Origin: Tubulanus polymorphus
Taxonomy: Eukaryota > Animalia > Nemertea
DNA length: 64,000 nucleotides
NCBI RefSeq assembly: GCF_964204645.1
Contig: NC_134026.1
Coordinates: forward strand, 8,889,950-8,953,949
Reading direction: 5' to 3'
Positions 1 through 12,421 of this stretch are shown here, piece by piece. Every line of letters begins with the position of its first letter. The first letter of the stretch is position 1. The position numbers were made by a program, and so were the translations under genes. The notes beneath the pieces were generated by a model. The model saw only the letters and a list, made by a program, of their open reading frames with translations, did not search any database and was not told the DNA's origin.

Positions 1-1250
1 TCACCGGTCTCCAGAAGGATCGGTCAGTATCACTGGTAACAGTGGTATCGGGGTAGCAGTAGTATCACCGGTCTCCAGAAGGATCGGGCAGTATCACTGG
101 TAACAGTGGTATCGGTGTGGCAGTAGTATCACCGGTCTCCAGAAGGATCGGGCAGTATCACTGGTATCAGTGGTATCGGGGTAGCAGTAGTATCACCGGT
201 CTCGGAGAGGATCGGACAGTATCACTGGTAACAGTGGTATCGGGGTAGCAGTAGTATCACCGGTCTCCAGAAGGATCGGTCAGTATCACTGGTATCGGTG
301 GTATCGGGGTAGCAGTAGTATCACCGGTCTCGGAGAGGATCGGGCAGTATCACTGGTAACAGTGGTATCGGGGTAGCAGTAGTATCACCAGTCTCCTGAA
401 GGATCGGGCAGTATCACTGGTAACAGTGGTATCGGGGTAACAGTAGTATCATCGGTCTCGGAGAGGATCGGACAGTATCACTGGTAACAGTGGTATCGGG
501 GTAGCAGTAGTATCACCGGTCTCCAGAAGGATCGGGCAGTATTACTGGTAACAGTGGTATCGGGGTAGCAGTAGTATCACCGGTCTCCTGAAGGATCGGG
601 TAGTATCACTGGTAACAGTGGTATCGGGGTAACAGTAGTATCACCGGTCTCCAGAAGGATCGGGCAGTATCACTGGTATCAGTGGTATCGGGGTAGCAGT
701 AGTATCATCGGTCTCGGAGAGGATCGGACAGTATCACTGGTAACAGTGGTATCGGGGTAGCAGTAGTATCACCGGTCTCCAGAAGGATCGGTCAGTATCA
801 CTGGTATCGGTGGTATCGGGGTAGCAGTAGTATCATCGGTCTCGGAGAGGATCGGACAGTATCACTGGTAACAGTGGTATCGGGGTAGCAGTAGTATCAC
901 CGGTCTCCAGAAGGATCGGGCAGTATCACTGGTAACAGTGGTATCGGGGTAGCAGTAGTATCACCGGTCTCCAGAAGGATCGGGCAGTATCACTGGTAAC
1001 AGTGGTATCGGGGTAGCAGTAGTATCATCGGTCTCGGGAGAGGATCGGGCAGTATCACTGGTAACAGTGGTATCGGGGTAGCAGTAGTATCATCGGTCTC
1101 GGGAGAGGATCGGGCAGTATCACTGGTAACAGTGGTATCGGGGTAGCAGTAGTATCACCGGTCTCCAGAAGGATCGGGCAGTATCACTGGTAACAGTGGT
1201 ATCGGGGTAGCAGTAGTATCATCGGTCTCGGGAAAGGATCGGGCAGTATC
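1..1250 (+). repeat. 64-bp tandem satellite/minisatellite (~19 copies, runs off window start)
   Basis: Unit CCGGTCTCCAGAAGGATCGGGCAGTATCACTGGTAACAGTGGTATCGGGGTAGCAGTAGTATCA, period 64 (TCACCGGTCT at 1 and 65). Two main variants (ctccagaagg / ctcggagagg). Confidence 0.97.
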
Positions 1251-3779
1251 ATTTAACGGTGAACGATTCTTCCGGCTCATATTGTGTATCATCTACTATT
1301 CTGACTTCACAATGTTTCACCTTAAATAACATTATTCGGGTGTACATGCATTAATGAAGACAAGATTAATTTCAAATACTGTTTCCTAAAATCCTAGCCA
1401 TAATCTTTGACTCATTCACAAACATCATCGAAGATGAGATATTAGGATGATTGTTGACAAATGGTCAGGACAGTCATGTACATATTAACTTTAAGATACA
1501 CTGATATAGTAAAAAATGCTGAGAGAACATAAGAAAATAAGAGTAGATGAAATGACAAAACTATTGAAAATAATTGAGATTGAAAAAAAAACGAGTGAAG
1601 AAAAAAAAGAAATATTGATAACTGAATGGTCTTCTGGATATCATTAGTACAATGAAATTGTATTAATTTCAGCCATGCGATTCTCGATATCCAAATTTTG
1701 ACACGACAACCAATCATTGATCAAGTATGAATGGGAGGTAGCGTTACCGTTAGGTACGAACGGATTACATTTACCGTTTCAATTAGTCCTGGCCGACACC
1801 GTTTTCACGAGCGTCGATCGTTCGGTTCTGGATAGTATATATTTTCGCGGCGGCTTCAGCGTGCGATGCGTCGCTCGGCCGACATCCGGCGACGGCTCGT
1901 TCTTCGGAGTCCCGATAAAAAGCCGTCCGGTCGTCGTCAGTCGCGAAAACGGCGTCTGCCAGTCGGCGATCGTTTCCGGGCACCGATACGGCCTTCAAGG
2001 TTATTCGTTCGTCGCTACGATGAAATACGTGGAGCCGAACGACGCGATTCATCCGAACAGGATACATATCAAAATCGAGATTCCTCACCAAGACGGCATG
2101 ATTCCGCTTATATCGACGTTTCCGATTCATAATATGCGATTGTTGCTGTCAGATTCGATCTATCAACGCCAGCATACGTGTTCGAATTTCGTCGACGTCG
2201 GAGGAGAATTTCGCGGAGACGGATTTATCGACGACGACCGGACGAACGCCGAGGACGCGACAAAACGCGGCATTTTATTCGACGAAAACATTCGAGAGGA
2301 AAAGTCGCTGAAACTTTACCGGACACTGGATTTGAAATCGTGCGCGTGGGCGTTCGAGGCTTGGTATCACATGACCGATTTGATCGACATGTGCGGAGGC
2401 TCTCGGTCTTGTCGGATTTTCAAATGCGGAAACGCGGCAAAACATTTCTAACATTTCGCGTGCCTCTATACGTGTCTTACATCTACGCGTCAGCGCCCTC
2501 TAGCTGGGCGTCTTTGGAGCATCGTACGACGATGGAGTTTTCGTTTTTCTATGATACGGTTCTGTGGCGATCGGGACTAGAAGCCGATGGTCGTCTCGGT
2601 GGACGACTGCAGGTTCTGCGAGTTGCTACGAATCCAGATGGAAACCTCGTGATTGAATTCAGTACAGAAACTAGATTCAGATGTCGGTATCAACAGGTCC
2701 TGCCTTATCCAGGGCTGTACTACTTAGCATTTGAATGTTGTGGGGGTGGGGGGGGGGGGGCAAACAAACCCGAGAAAAGGGCAGCTACCTAGTCAAAAAT
2801 CGATATACCGATTCTTCTGATTAACCTAACAAAAACTGGTAAGGCCTATTATAGTCCAATGTCACTACAATTACATAAGTGATTCTACATGAAATTTCTA
2901 TTGGATATAACAATGATATCTGCAAAAAGATATTTGCACTTTTCCAAAATTTCTAGGGGGCAACTGCCCTGCCCCTTGCCCCGGTTATGTACGGCTTGTA
3001 CTTAATGAAACGGATGAAATGGGCTTTACTACAAAAAAGTAGTCACCATTTCTGAAAAGATGCCTTCCTAAGATATCATATTATCTAAATCAATAACTTC
3101 GAGATTTCTTCAATAATTCAAAATCATTTCGAAAAAGTATAGCATCTTCGAAACAACTTCTACATTGTGTTTCTGAACTTACTCTTCGTTTGTTTCAGGG
3201 CAGTTTGTCTTGAATCATTACACATTCCCCGGTTATAAAAGTCGAGTGAATCCGCCACCTAATTTACCGGTGACTTTCGATTTGGCTTTAGTTTGGAGTC
3301 AGCCGACATACGCCGGACCCGATCAATTATGGAGGGCAACGAGTTCGTACAGTTTGAAGGTATTCGCCGCAAAGCGATTTAGAATGATTTGATTTCGGCA
3401 TCGATTCATACTTCGTTTCTGTTTCTTATACAGGATTATTCGGGTGTTTACGAGATCGAATTGATACCGTGTTTAGTGTTACCTCGGCAGCATTACACAA
3501 CCGTAGATATCGTTGATAGTCAGTGCGTCGCCAAACAACCTCAAAAGTAAGTCTTTATAGCATCTCGGAGAAATTAGTCTATCCCCTAGGAAACGATGTT
3601 CAGCACAGCCCGACTATGCCGAACAGTAGCAAATACACAAGCTGTGTGCCTCTTGCGATTGGCCACTACATGATTGACAGCGACGTGCATTGTCTGATAA
3701 AAATGAACTGCGTGCGTCCACCATTCAGTCCGATACTCCAAGTTTGCACAAAATTCTAAATATCGACCATATAGTTTAG

Positions 3780-5881
3780 GATCCTAGGACAAATTCCCCC
3801 GGACAATTACCGCCGGACAATTCCCCCTGGACAATTGCCCCCAGGGTAATTGCCCCCCCCCCCCCGGACAATTGCCCTAAGTAAATCTTAACCCTAAAGT
3901 AGCAGCGCAGATACTAACTTCTGATAAATTAGCCTATTAACTTAGAACTAAGTAAATTTAGACTAGCTAACTACAGTTTACAGTTTACAGTTTATTTGAC
4001 AAACTCAAGGTCTACAAATTAGACAATATGAGTGAAAAATAGAACATTATACAAAATAACATAGCAGCGAATGCCGTGTTTACACAAATATTTTAGCAAT
4101 TTTACTTATAAAGATACATAAATTATAAAGTGTTCTGATGTTTTTTGTCTGCATAAGGGAGGAGAATTTATACTGGTTTGGATAAATTGAAAATTTTCTC
4201 TCAATGTACTTGGTCCTTAAAACGTCGAGGGTTGGACAACATAATATATAATGATATTCGTCCCCTATAGCACTGTTGCAAAGAGGACAGGTCCTGTTTT
4301 CTCTGGGTACTTTCATCCATCTACCAGTTTCAATTGGAAGTTTGTGGTTACACGTTCTAAATCTACTTAAACTATATAGCAGGTCATCAGGAATGTCCGA
4401 CGTGTAAATAAACTCCAGGCTATGATTATCTTTGAATAGAGAGTAATAGTCACCTTTAGGTGATTCCCTTATGGATGCTCTCCATTCTTGGAGGAACTGG
4501 TCCATTATTTTTTGTTTTAAAGTAGATTGCAGCCATCTAGTGTTTGGGAAGGATTGATCATCCCATATATTGTTTAAACCTACAGAATACAGAATATCTT
4601 TTACATTTCTAATCCATTTGAAATTTGGAGCTATGCCGTTAATGTAAAAAGGTCGCATAACTGATTTATACAGAATGCTAGAGAGTTTGTTCTGAGAACT
4701 GACTAAATTAGCCCAAAAGGAGACAATTCTAGATTTAATTACTATAGAAAGGGGGAATCTACCAGTTTCTCCGTACAACATGAACGTTGGTGTACTATTT
4801 CGCGCTTTCAGTACGTGTCTCAGAAAACTTAAGTGAACAGACTCAATAGAATCTATGTTAGAGAACCCCCAGACTTCACAGCCATATAATAAGACGGGTA
4901 CCACCGTCTGATCAAATAGTTTTAACTGACAATCTAGAGGAAGATTTAGACTATAAGTCTTACAGTATAGAGCGTGTAGTGCCTTTTTTGCTTGTGAGAC
5001 TAGGTATTTCTTAGTCGACAAAAAACCTCTATTTTGATGTAATAATAATCCCAGGTACTTATAGCTGGTAACAACCTCAATATTTTGATTTCCCATGTGG
5101 AACTGTTCATTTCCTAAGCCTCTAGAACCAAATATTATAATCTTTGTTTTTCTAGTATTGACCTTTAGTTTCCATACATTGCAGTATTCATGGAAATTAT
5201 CTAGGTTGCGCTGAAGTTCTTGCGCATTCTGCGCAAAAATTACCGTATCGTCCGCGTAGAATAGAATTACCAAGTTTGCATAAACGATGACATCGTTATG
5301 ATCGGACAAACTGATCCCATTACTGGCTCTATTATGTAAAAATTCTTCTAAGTCGTTTAAGTACAGGCAGAAAAGAAGCGGTGACATATTTTCACCTTGT
5401 CTGACACCTGTCTCACAAGGAAAAAAGGCAGATAGGTTACCATTAGCTTTCACACATGATTTAACATTGTCATACATGTTCTTCACACAGTTAAGTAATT
5501 TACCGTTTATACCATTTGTAAGAAGCTTTTGCCATAGTCCGGCTCTCCAGACTGTGTCAAAGGCTTTGGTAAAATCTACGAAAGCACAATATAGTTTCTT
5601 CTTCTGAGTTTTAATAACTTCAGCTAAAATATGTAAAATGTAGAGGTTGTCAACTAACTTTAGCTAAATACTTTGTTAAACACTAAAACTCATTCCAATA
5701 AATTAGTCACTAATAAGTTGAGGATGGATTTTAAAAGTTTTGATCTGCTAAAGTAACACTAAAACTAATTCAGATAAATCTAGTGATATATGTATTTTGG
5801 TGGTGTTAATCCAGATTTAAAAGGATTTACTTCGGTCGGGGGTGGGGGCAATTGTCGAGGGGGAATTGTCCTGATAGGGTC
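3780..5881. mobile_element. Non-autonomous TIR DNA element (8-bp TSD, hAT-like) interrupted by a LINE
   Basis: Imperfect TIRs GATCCTAGGACAAATTCCCCC / GGGGGAATTGTCCTGATAGGGTC, subterminal GGACAATT(G/C)CCCC repeats, and direct repeat TAGTTTAG at 3772-3779 and 5882-5889. Confidence 0.7.
3972..5652 (-). mobile_element. 5'-truncated non-LTR retrotransposon (LINE, RTE-X-like): RT domain + C-terminal CCHC
   Basis: ORF 4080-5486 extends upstream to ~5650 (YCAFVDFTKAFDTV). RT motifs GVRQG..MSPLLF, FYADD and YKYLG. C-terminal FRTCNHKLPIETGRW...CPLC...DEYHYILCC. 3' tail of (ACTGTAA)n at ~3972-3995. Possible TSD CTAACT. Confidence 0.92.
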
Positions 5882-8400
5882 TAGTTTAGTATATATTAAG
5901 CGTTTGTTTCCAAAAGATCATCTGGTGTTTGGAATTTTGCACTACAGGTTGTTTTGGCAGCCATTTATGAAGCATTTTTATAGCATTTTGTAGGCTTTCG
6001 ATAGTGACAACAAACAATCATATGAATTATGTCAAAAATGTTTATTTTCATTCAGATTTACAGTGCCAATATCCTATCAACAAACTTTACAACCAGTTCC
6101 TCTTGTCTATTCACTGAACACACTATTCCAAATGCTATGCAGTGAAAGGTTTTTTTCTGCAAGATCCGAGGACCCTGAAAGGAATTGGCTTGGAAGAGTT
6201 AGACTACAGGGGCCAGTTTTCACCAGGTTAGTACAATATATTCATCCTTGGTATAGTTGAGGCAATGGATTGACAGTTTTTTGGTCCATTTTCTTTGATT
6301 TGCATATAAGCATTTGCAACTCGTGACTTTCTCTAATTGGAAAGCTACAAGAAAAGATCATTACTGTGAAGTCTCTCTGCATCTTCTGTAATATATCTCA
6401 ACTTGATAATTTTCAGGCGAAACAGTGTACGGCCGCGTACTATGGGATCCGCAGCAAGATCTGAATTCTGCCTATAGATTGACTATAGAAAAAGTTTTTC
6501 TATGCACCGGTGGGTAGCGGAATATCGATTCAGAACTTATCAATGTTTGCTCTCAATAAAAGATGTATGTGCTGGTATTTCAATTTTAGGTCGGGAAGGC
6601 TACACTCCGATTTATGACCCAACCGGTGAAATGTTTGGTCAGGGGGCACAATACGGCTGCATTCAACCCACATCCAAACTCAGACATCGCTTTCTTATCT
6701 TGGTAATTACTAATAGTCATAATTTATAAGTTTAGATACCTTATATGGGGATAATTGATCCAAGCTATTTTTGAGTAATGCATTCAGAGACACAGCAACC
6801 CAGGGGAATAGACAAAACTAGCAACAAGGCAGCCGTATATATGGAACAAATATGTTTCCCCGGCCAATAGTACAAAATTTGTTTTAGAATGAAAGTCATT
6901 CAAAGTTTTTTCATTTTTGTTGTTGTAGGATAGAGGAAGCCCGCACGTCATCGACGAGGTGTTTAACAATGTTCCGTTTAAGGCTAAATTCAGAGGAAAT
7001 GTTGAAAAGTTACGATCCATTGAAGCGGTTCCAGGGATGGATGGATTTGTATTCAGTATTGATCCGTTATATAAAGTAATTATCGGTCATTGTTGAATAT
7101 TTTAACAGAACGATTTTTAAGAATTTATTTTTTTCCGTGGTCCAAATCAATACAGATCAAAGTTATTCATCCATGTTCATTCATTCATCTTAAAAAAGAA
7201 ACACTAAGAAACTATATTTTACATGCTAAGAAACATTTTATCTGGTTTTCATTCATTTTTTGTGGCAAAATTTAGATTCTATCTACCGGTACATTTAGTT
7301 AGATTTCATCGAGACTATCTTAACCATCTTAATTACCAGAATTTACTGTTTTCTAAATGCAGGCAAGTTCGGGACAGCGATGGCATCTTCAAGTCATCTA
7401 TCTTATCACTTCTGCTGATAAACTCACGCGATACAAACGAGATACCGCCATCATACCAACAACGGAGATTAAAAACTCAACGAGACTGAAAAGTCGCGAG
7501 TCGACTGAAATTTTGGAAGAGATCGATTCGTCAATTCCGTATATTACTAGCAGCCCGAACCGTAAAGGGACAAATATGAAATTATTGAATCTCAGACAAT
7601 CTCAAAATAAACACCGCGATGAAAAAAATCGCGAAACGTTTTCGTCAACAATCGTTATACCTCAACGGATTTTATTACCGTTAGCAATTTGTGCTTGTTT
7701 GATATTGTTGATTTTTGCGGGTTGCACCGCCGAGATTTTTGTCGCGCGGAATAGGACTAATTCTGATCGTCGACGAACTTTGCCGGTTGTCGGAACAGCA
7801 GCAGCAGCAGATGATGATGAACCGGTAGAAGATGGAAATCCGTTGTCATGACAATGGTGAAAAACCCGCTTTTCGAGATAAAGTTACGTTGGAAACTATG
7901 GAATTTTATGAATGATTTATGATGTCAGTGAATTAGATTTTTTTAGGTACAGAATGGGTATGTATTTATCTCCGCTTGAACTTGATACCGACCTTGGAGT
8001 AATCAGTCTCCAAGTTGACCAACTGTAGTAATACCACTCAATTTGTTCATTTGATACCTTCTATTTCGCCGACAATCAACTCCTTGGTCAACTTGTTGAA
8101 ATAATTACAGTTCCAGCACTACCGAATAAACCAGCTATATATGTAAAGTTGTAATGTTTTATCAGTTATCCAAATTCATTTATCAGTTGACCAAATGAAT
8201 GCCTGTATAAGATTTTGCGGTATGAGTGTGTAATTGATTCAGCCCCCAAAATCTGATTGCTCTATTGCTTTACGGGTGGTTTCAAACCATATGAGAACAA
8301 TTTGTCTGGTTGTAACAAAAGATGTAACGTCGTTAAGCAATTAATGTATTTTTTGCAAAGCTTCAAATTTGTTTCTTCATAAAACGAGATGTTTGGTATG

Positions 8401-9177
8401 CTATTTGTGTATGTCTATGTTTATGTGCTGCCAGTTTTCATCAAATATTAAACCAGATCCTTCAAAATATTTCTCTTCTATTTTAGTTTTTACTTCATTA
8501 TAACACTTATCTAATTTATCATCTATATGTTGTTTAGATATAATATGTTGTGAATTTGAATTTATATTATATATTGGTTTATCTTCAGATTTTATAAATT
8601 TAACTTTTGATGAAATACTTATTTTAGGATATTCAACATCAGTTATTATTTCTATTATATCTTTCATATTTTCTAAATGTTTTTTATTTTCTTCTAATGT
8701 TTTTCCTTTATGAAATTTAAACTCGATAGCTGCTGGACCAATATCACTTTTAAATGCTTCGGTTATCTCTATATCTTTTTTATTATCTAATGAATTAATA
8801 TAATTTCTTACATCTTCCATGTATGGTCTTTTATTGTTTAATTTATTTCTTATTCTTTTAATTGTCTTATGTTTCTTATCATTGTCATTATCAAAATAAT
8901 CTTCACCTAAAATATCATTATTCATATTTCTAATATGACCTTTAGATTTTAAATGTTCTTTATAATATCTTTTATCACTGAATGATTGATTACATGTATC
9001 ACATTTGTATGTTTCTTTTTCATTCTTTAATTCATCTAATTTAGTTTCTAATATATAATCTTTATATTCTAGTTTCAATTTATTCTCTAAATGTGTTTTA
9101 GTTTTATTGTGTCTTGCTTTTTGGGATTTATCTATATTGATTTTACATGTTGAACAGTAGTACTTAATTGCTTCCAT
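8401..9177 (-). CDS. Truncated AT-rich two-C2H2 zinc-finger ORF resembling the N-terminus of Polinton/Maverick-like PolB-associated proteins (endogenous viral/TE fragment)
   Basis: CSTC...H..TKTH and CDTC...H..SKGH fingers. FEGSGLIFD...INIDIHK resembles the 'GSGW' motif that precedes pPolB domains. Extreme AT and K/N/I bias unlike host genes. Intronless. Confidence 0.55.
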   Translation of the reverse strand: MEAIKYYCSTCKINIDKSQKARHNKTKTHLENKLKLEYKDYILETKLDELKNEKETYKCDTCNQSFSDKRYYKEHLKSKGHIRNMNNDILGEDYFDNDNDKKHKTIKRIRNKLNNKRPYMEDVRNYINSLDNKKDIEITEAFKSDIGPAAIEFKFHKGKTLEENKKHLENMKDIIEIITDVEYPKISISSKVKFIKSEDKPIYNINSNSQHIISKQHIDDKLDKCYNEVKTKIEEKYFEGSGLIFDENWQHINIDIHK

Positions 9178-9439
9178 TTTAATACTAAATTTTTTTTTTT
9201 AATTGATTTTAGAAGTTCAACTATTTAAATATGTATTATTTCAATCACACTTTACTAACACTTTTAATGTTTAAAAATCTAACTCATACAAATATAAATA
9301 TTGAAATAATGTTTAAAATATATCTATATATCTATTCTATAAGAGCTCGTACTCTCGTACTCTGGCTTGAAAGCCTACTTTTCTAATTACTTATATATGT
9401 TATTCATTTATATTTTATTCATATACATGAATATTTTAA

Positions 9440-9799
9440 GAGTAATAGGGGTTTAGTTGTTCTAGGTTAAAGGTTGAATGGTCGAGTTCATTAAAAACAA
9501 ATATTAAAAGTAATTTAAAACTATAATATATTTTCATAGTCGTGTGTATTTTAGTTAAATAATAGAATAATTATTATTATTTGAATATATTTGATTATAT
9601 GAATTTGTGTATTGTAAATAAATCAATTGGTATGCTTTTAAGATTTAAATTATTAATATCTTAGAATAAATATTTAGTTATAATATAAAATACACATGGC
9701 TATGAAAATATATTATAGTTTTAAATTACTTTTAATATTTGTTTTTAATAAGCTCGACCGTTCGACCTTTGATCTAGAACAACTAAACCCCTATTACTC
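9440..9799. repeat. ~115-bp inverted repeat pair with ~130-bp AT-rich spacer
   Basis: GAGTAATAGGGGTTTAGTTGTTCTAG...GTGTATTTTA (9440-9553) is the reverse complement of TAAAATACAC...CTAGAACAACTAAACCCCTATTACTC (9686-9799). Confidence 0.9.
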
Positions 9800-10131
9800 A
9801 TGTATATTTAATTCTTTTCAATTCGATTAAACGTTATTCATTAACACTGGTTATAGTAACAGTCGTATATGTATTAGACAATTCATACTGGTCTGCATCT
9901 TGAGATGATTGCTCGTGGGTTTATCGAGGGTTGACTGTATATCATTTAACATGCGTGATGAATACATCCGGTGTTTGTGGAATCTGTTTGAATACTCGTC
10001 GTACGGAACTAGGTTCTTTTATACGGGAATAATTTTTTTTCACTTTCAATTACTATTACCATGATATCATTTCCCCAATTAAAACAAAGATACGTATTCG
10101 TAAATCCTTACGTTTAGTTTTGACATGTTAA

Positions 10132-10640
10132 CCCTTTGTTAACCAAGCACATTCCTAGTGGGCAAAAAATTACTCAATTCATTTTCTGAACGTGTTAAGA
10201 TACTAATAGTCCATAATTATAGTTATTTTAATTGCTGCCTCTGTTTGACCTAGTTTTTAAAAATGTTGCAAATTCGCAACATTGGTAAAATAAGAAAAGT
10301 TTCCATAAACCTGACAAGAAAATGTTTTCAGATTTATTCTTCTGATTTTAAAGAACATAGTTTCTTCTAATAAAAACTTACAAAATATTGTGATTTAGTC
10401 TTTAAACATAGCATTTTGAACAACCATTTATGGCGTAACCACCTGGGCATAGTCTACCCCTCTGGTGAATCCCGATATGGTCAGCCCATGATCTAAGAAA
10501 TCATATCTAACATCATCATGTAATAGGGGGTTTATAACAGATTCTACAACATTGGTTGATAATGGACAAATATTAATAATAAGAGTACCAACCGAGCCCA
10601 AAAATGTTGTTGCAAATTCGCAACCTAGGTTAACATAGGG
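10132..10640. mobile_element. piggyBac-type MITE
   Basis: TTAA|CCCTTTGTTAACC ... GGTTAACATAGGG|TTAA. Confidence 0.85.
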
Positions 10641-11282
10641 TTAACTTTTTGTCTATCGTCCTGTCACCATACGCGGCAGTTTAGAGCCTAAATTGGCAAC
10701 CACCTGAGAAGTCACAAAACGTTCACAAAAGTCACATTCGACCCCGAAGGATGAACAACAAGTATTTCCATATAACATCTTTCTTTGGCGACATAACTTG
10801 AATTAGACCCTGGATCTTCCCCTGATGGCAAAAGTGAATTTTACTACAAGGGATATAGTTGAGATAGAAAATCAAATTATGATCTCACCATTCTCCCTGT
10901 TCGGAGTGAATTTAGAGTGAATGGATACCGTGGAATTTAAACTCTCAACATGCATGAATTGTGTCCAATTTAGCCAATTTCCATTTCGTCAAAATACATG
11001 TATATGAATTTTCAGTTGTATTCAGGTCTTAACTTAATTCATAGAATATTTGTTTTATTCTGTAAACATTCTAACTGCCGCGTATAGACCATAGAACTGT
11101 GAAGACAAACTGTGAAAATAATTTCTATCCTGGGCAGCAGCAGGGGAAGTAGATTAGAAAATATACGGATATTTTTAACTTTTGATAAACTGTTGAAGCC
11201 AGAATGAAGAATCTCTGCACGACATGATCGAGCAGACTGGGCACACTTTTGTCTGGGTTCTGATATGACCAGGTAATGGAAG

Positions 11283-12365
11283 ATGGATTTGAAGAATATT
11301 TCAACGACTTTCGAACCGACTGTGACAACTCCCGGTGATTGGTGCGCGTGGACTGTGAAAAACAGACCGTTCAAATGGAACCTACAATTCAGTGTTTACA
11401 TGTATATTTTCTGTTACGGACCCGTCACGATACTCGGCATCGCTCTGAACGTCGTCACAATTTTAGTGTTAAAGAAAATGAACAATGAAGCGTACTATCT
11501 GATACAAGTTTTAGCTATTTTTGATTTATCTTACAGTCTAAGTGTATTCACCATGTACCCTCTACGTACACTGCACATCTATATACATTTAGGAGACGTT
11601 CTTTTTCGCAATGATGACTGGTATTACGGTTGGGAATTCATACAAGTCGCTTTAGGCCCGTATCGCATGTTTCAACAAATTCGAAATTGGTGCGTGATTC
11701 TTATCAGTTTAGAAAGACTCGTCATAACAATTTTCCCATTGAAATCACGATTATTCTGGACTCGAAAAGTGGTGAATTCTCTGATATTTTTGATTACCGC
11801 ATACGGCGTTCTCGTTTATTTACCGCATTTGTTACCGGAACGGGGGCTTGAACCAATAGGTTGCATAGAAGGGGGACCAGGCGTGACACTTGTTCGCGAG
11901 TCTTATCTCATCAATTCTGCATTAATCAGTAGATGGAATGACTTTGCAGAAGGCTGGGAAGGAACGATATCCAGTATTGTTGTGCCCATGTTTTCATTAA
12001 TTGTTTTAAACATTATTTTGGTAATCAGTTTGATAATTATCAAATTATCGAGCGGGAAGAAGTTGAATAAGAGCGCTGCCAGTAGTTTAGAGCTGCGAGT
12101 TTTACGAATGTCGTTAGCGTTAGTCGCTTCATACATTATTTGTGAATCATCAATTTTCATCGAAAAAATGGGGTATTACAACAAGTTTCAAATCAAAATT
12201 CATTTTCCAGGTTTAAATCCTGAAGCATCGTATCTGATATATCGGAAATTAGCTATCGTTCTGACCGTCGTCGATTCCTGTTTAAATTTCTTCGTGTATT
12301 GTTTCACTAATAACAAATTCAGACTTGCTGTAAAAATTGTGTCCATTAAATCTACGCTTGGTTAA
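11283..12365 (+). CDS. Intronless class A (rhodopsin-like) GPCR, FMRFamide/peptide-receptor-like or chemoreceptor expansion member
   Basis: 360 aa with 7 hydrophobic segments. TM1 G..LN, TM2 LAIFD, TM3 SLERL, TM7 DSCLNFFVYCF. Confidence 0.9.
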   Translation: MDLKNISTTFEPTVTTPGDWCAWTVKNRPFKWNLQFSVYMYIFCYGPVTILGIALNVVTILVLKKMNNEAYYLIQVLAIFDLSYSLSVFTMYPLRTLHIYIHLGDVLFRNDDWYYGWEFIQVALGPYRMFQQIRNWCVILISLERLVITIFPLKSRLFWTRKVVNSLIFLITAYGVLVYLPHLLPERGLEPIGCIEGGPGVTLVRESYLINSALISRWNDFAEGWEGTISSIVVPMFSLIVLNIILVISLIIIKLSSGKKLNKSAASSLELRVLRMSLALVASYIICESSIFIEKMGYYNKFQIKIHFPGLNPEASYLIYRKLAIVLTVVDSCLNFFVYCFTNNKFRLAVKIVSIKSTLG

Positions 12366-12421
12366 ATCGCTTTCGAACACGTCTAGATGTACATTGTATC
12401 GCTAACATATCCATATATCCT

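Larger units (their letters stand above)
1673..7851 (+). pseudogene. FRAS1: FRAS1-like extracellular matrix protein, 3' exons (C-terminal domain + TM); frameshifted, so a pseudogene or an error-containing assembly
   Basis: Exons approx 1673-2682, 3199-3359, 3434-3546, 6056-6226, 6417-6509, 6590-6702, 6929-7076, 7363-7851, with GT-AG ends. Peptides match remembered FRAS1 C-terminal motifs (VLDSIYF, PNRIHI.I.IPHQDGM.PLIST, WASLEH.T.MEFSFFYDTVLWR, QLWRATSSY, DYSG.Y.I.LIPC, P.VYSLNT.FQ, YGRVLW.P.Q.LNSAY.L, QYGCIQP, W.LQVIY). TM segment ILLPLAICACLILLIFAGC. Frame breaks at ~1718, ~2400 and ~6150. Confidence 0.88.

Noticed and set aside
1-1250. CRISPR array or ribozyme satellite
   Set aside because: The whole 64-bp unit repeats without spacers, and there is no CTGANGA...GAAA core on either strand.
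1783-2792. Arg-rich overlapping/antisense ORFs (also 17206-17921 and 43454-44126)
   Set aside because: These are shadow frames of CG-rich coding exons. Part of the 2178 ORF is simply FRAS1 after the frameshift.
6148-6158. Programmed frameshift at the T7 run in the FRAS1 exon
   Set aside because: More simply a homopolymer indel (pseudogene lesion or sequencing error) in a copy that has other lesions.
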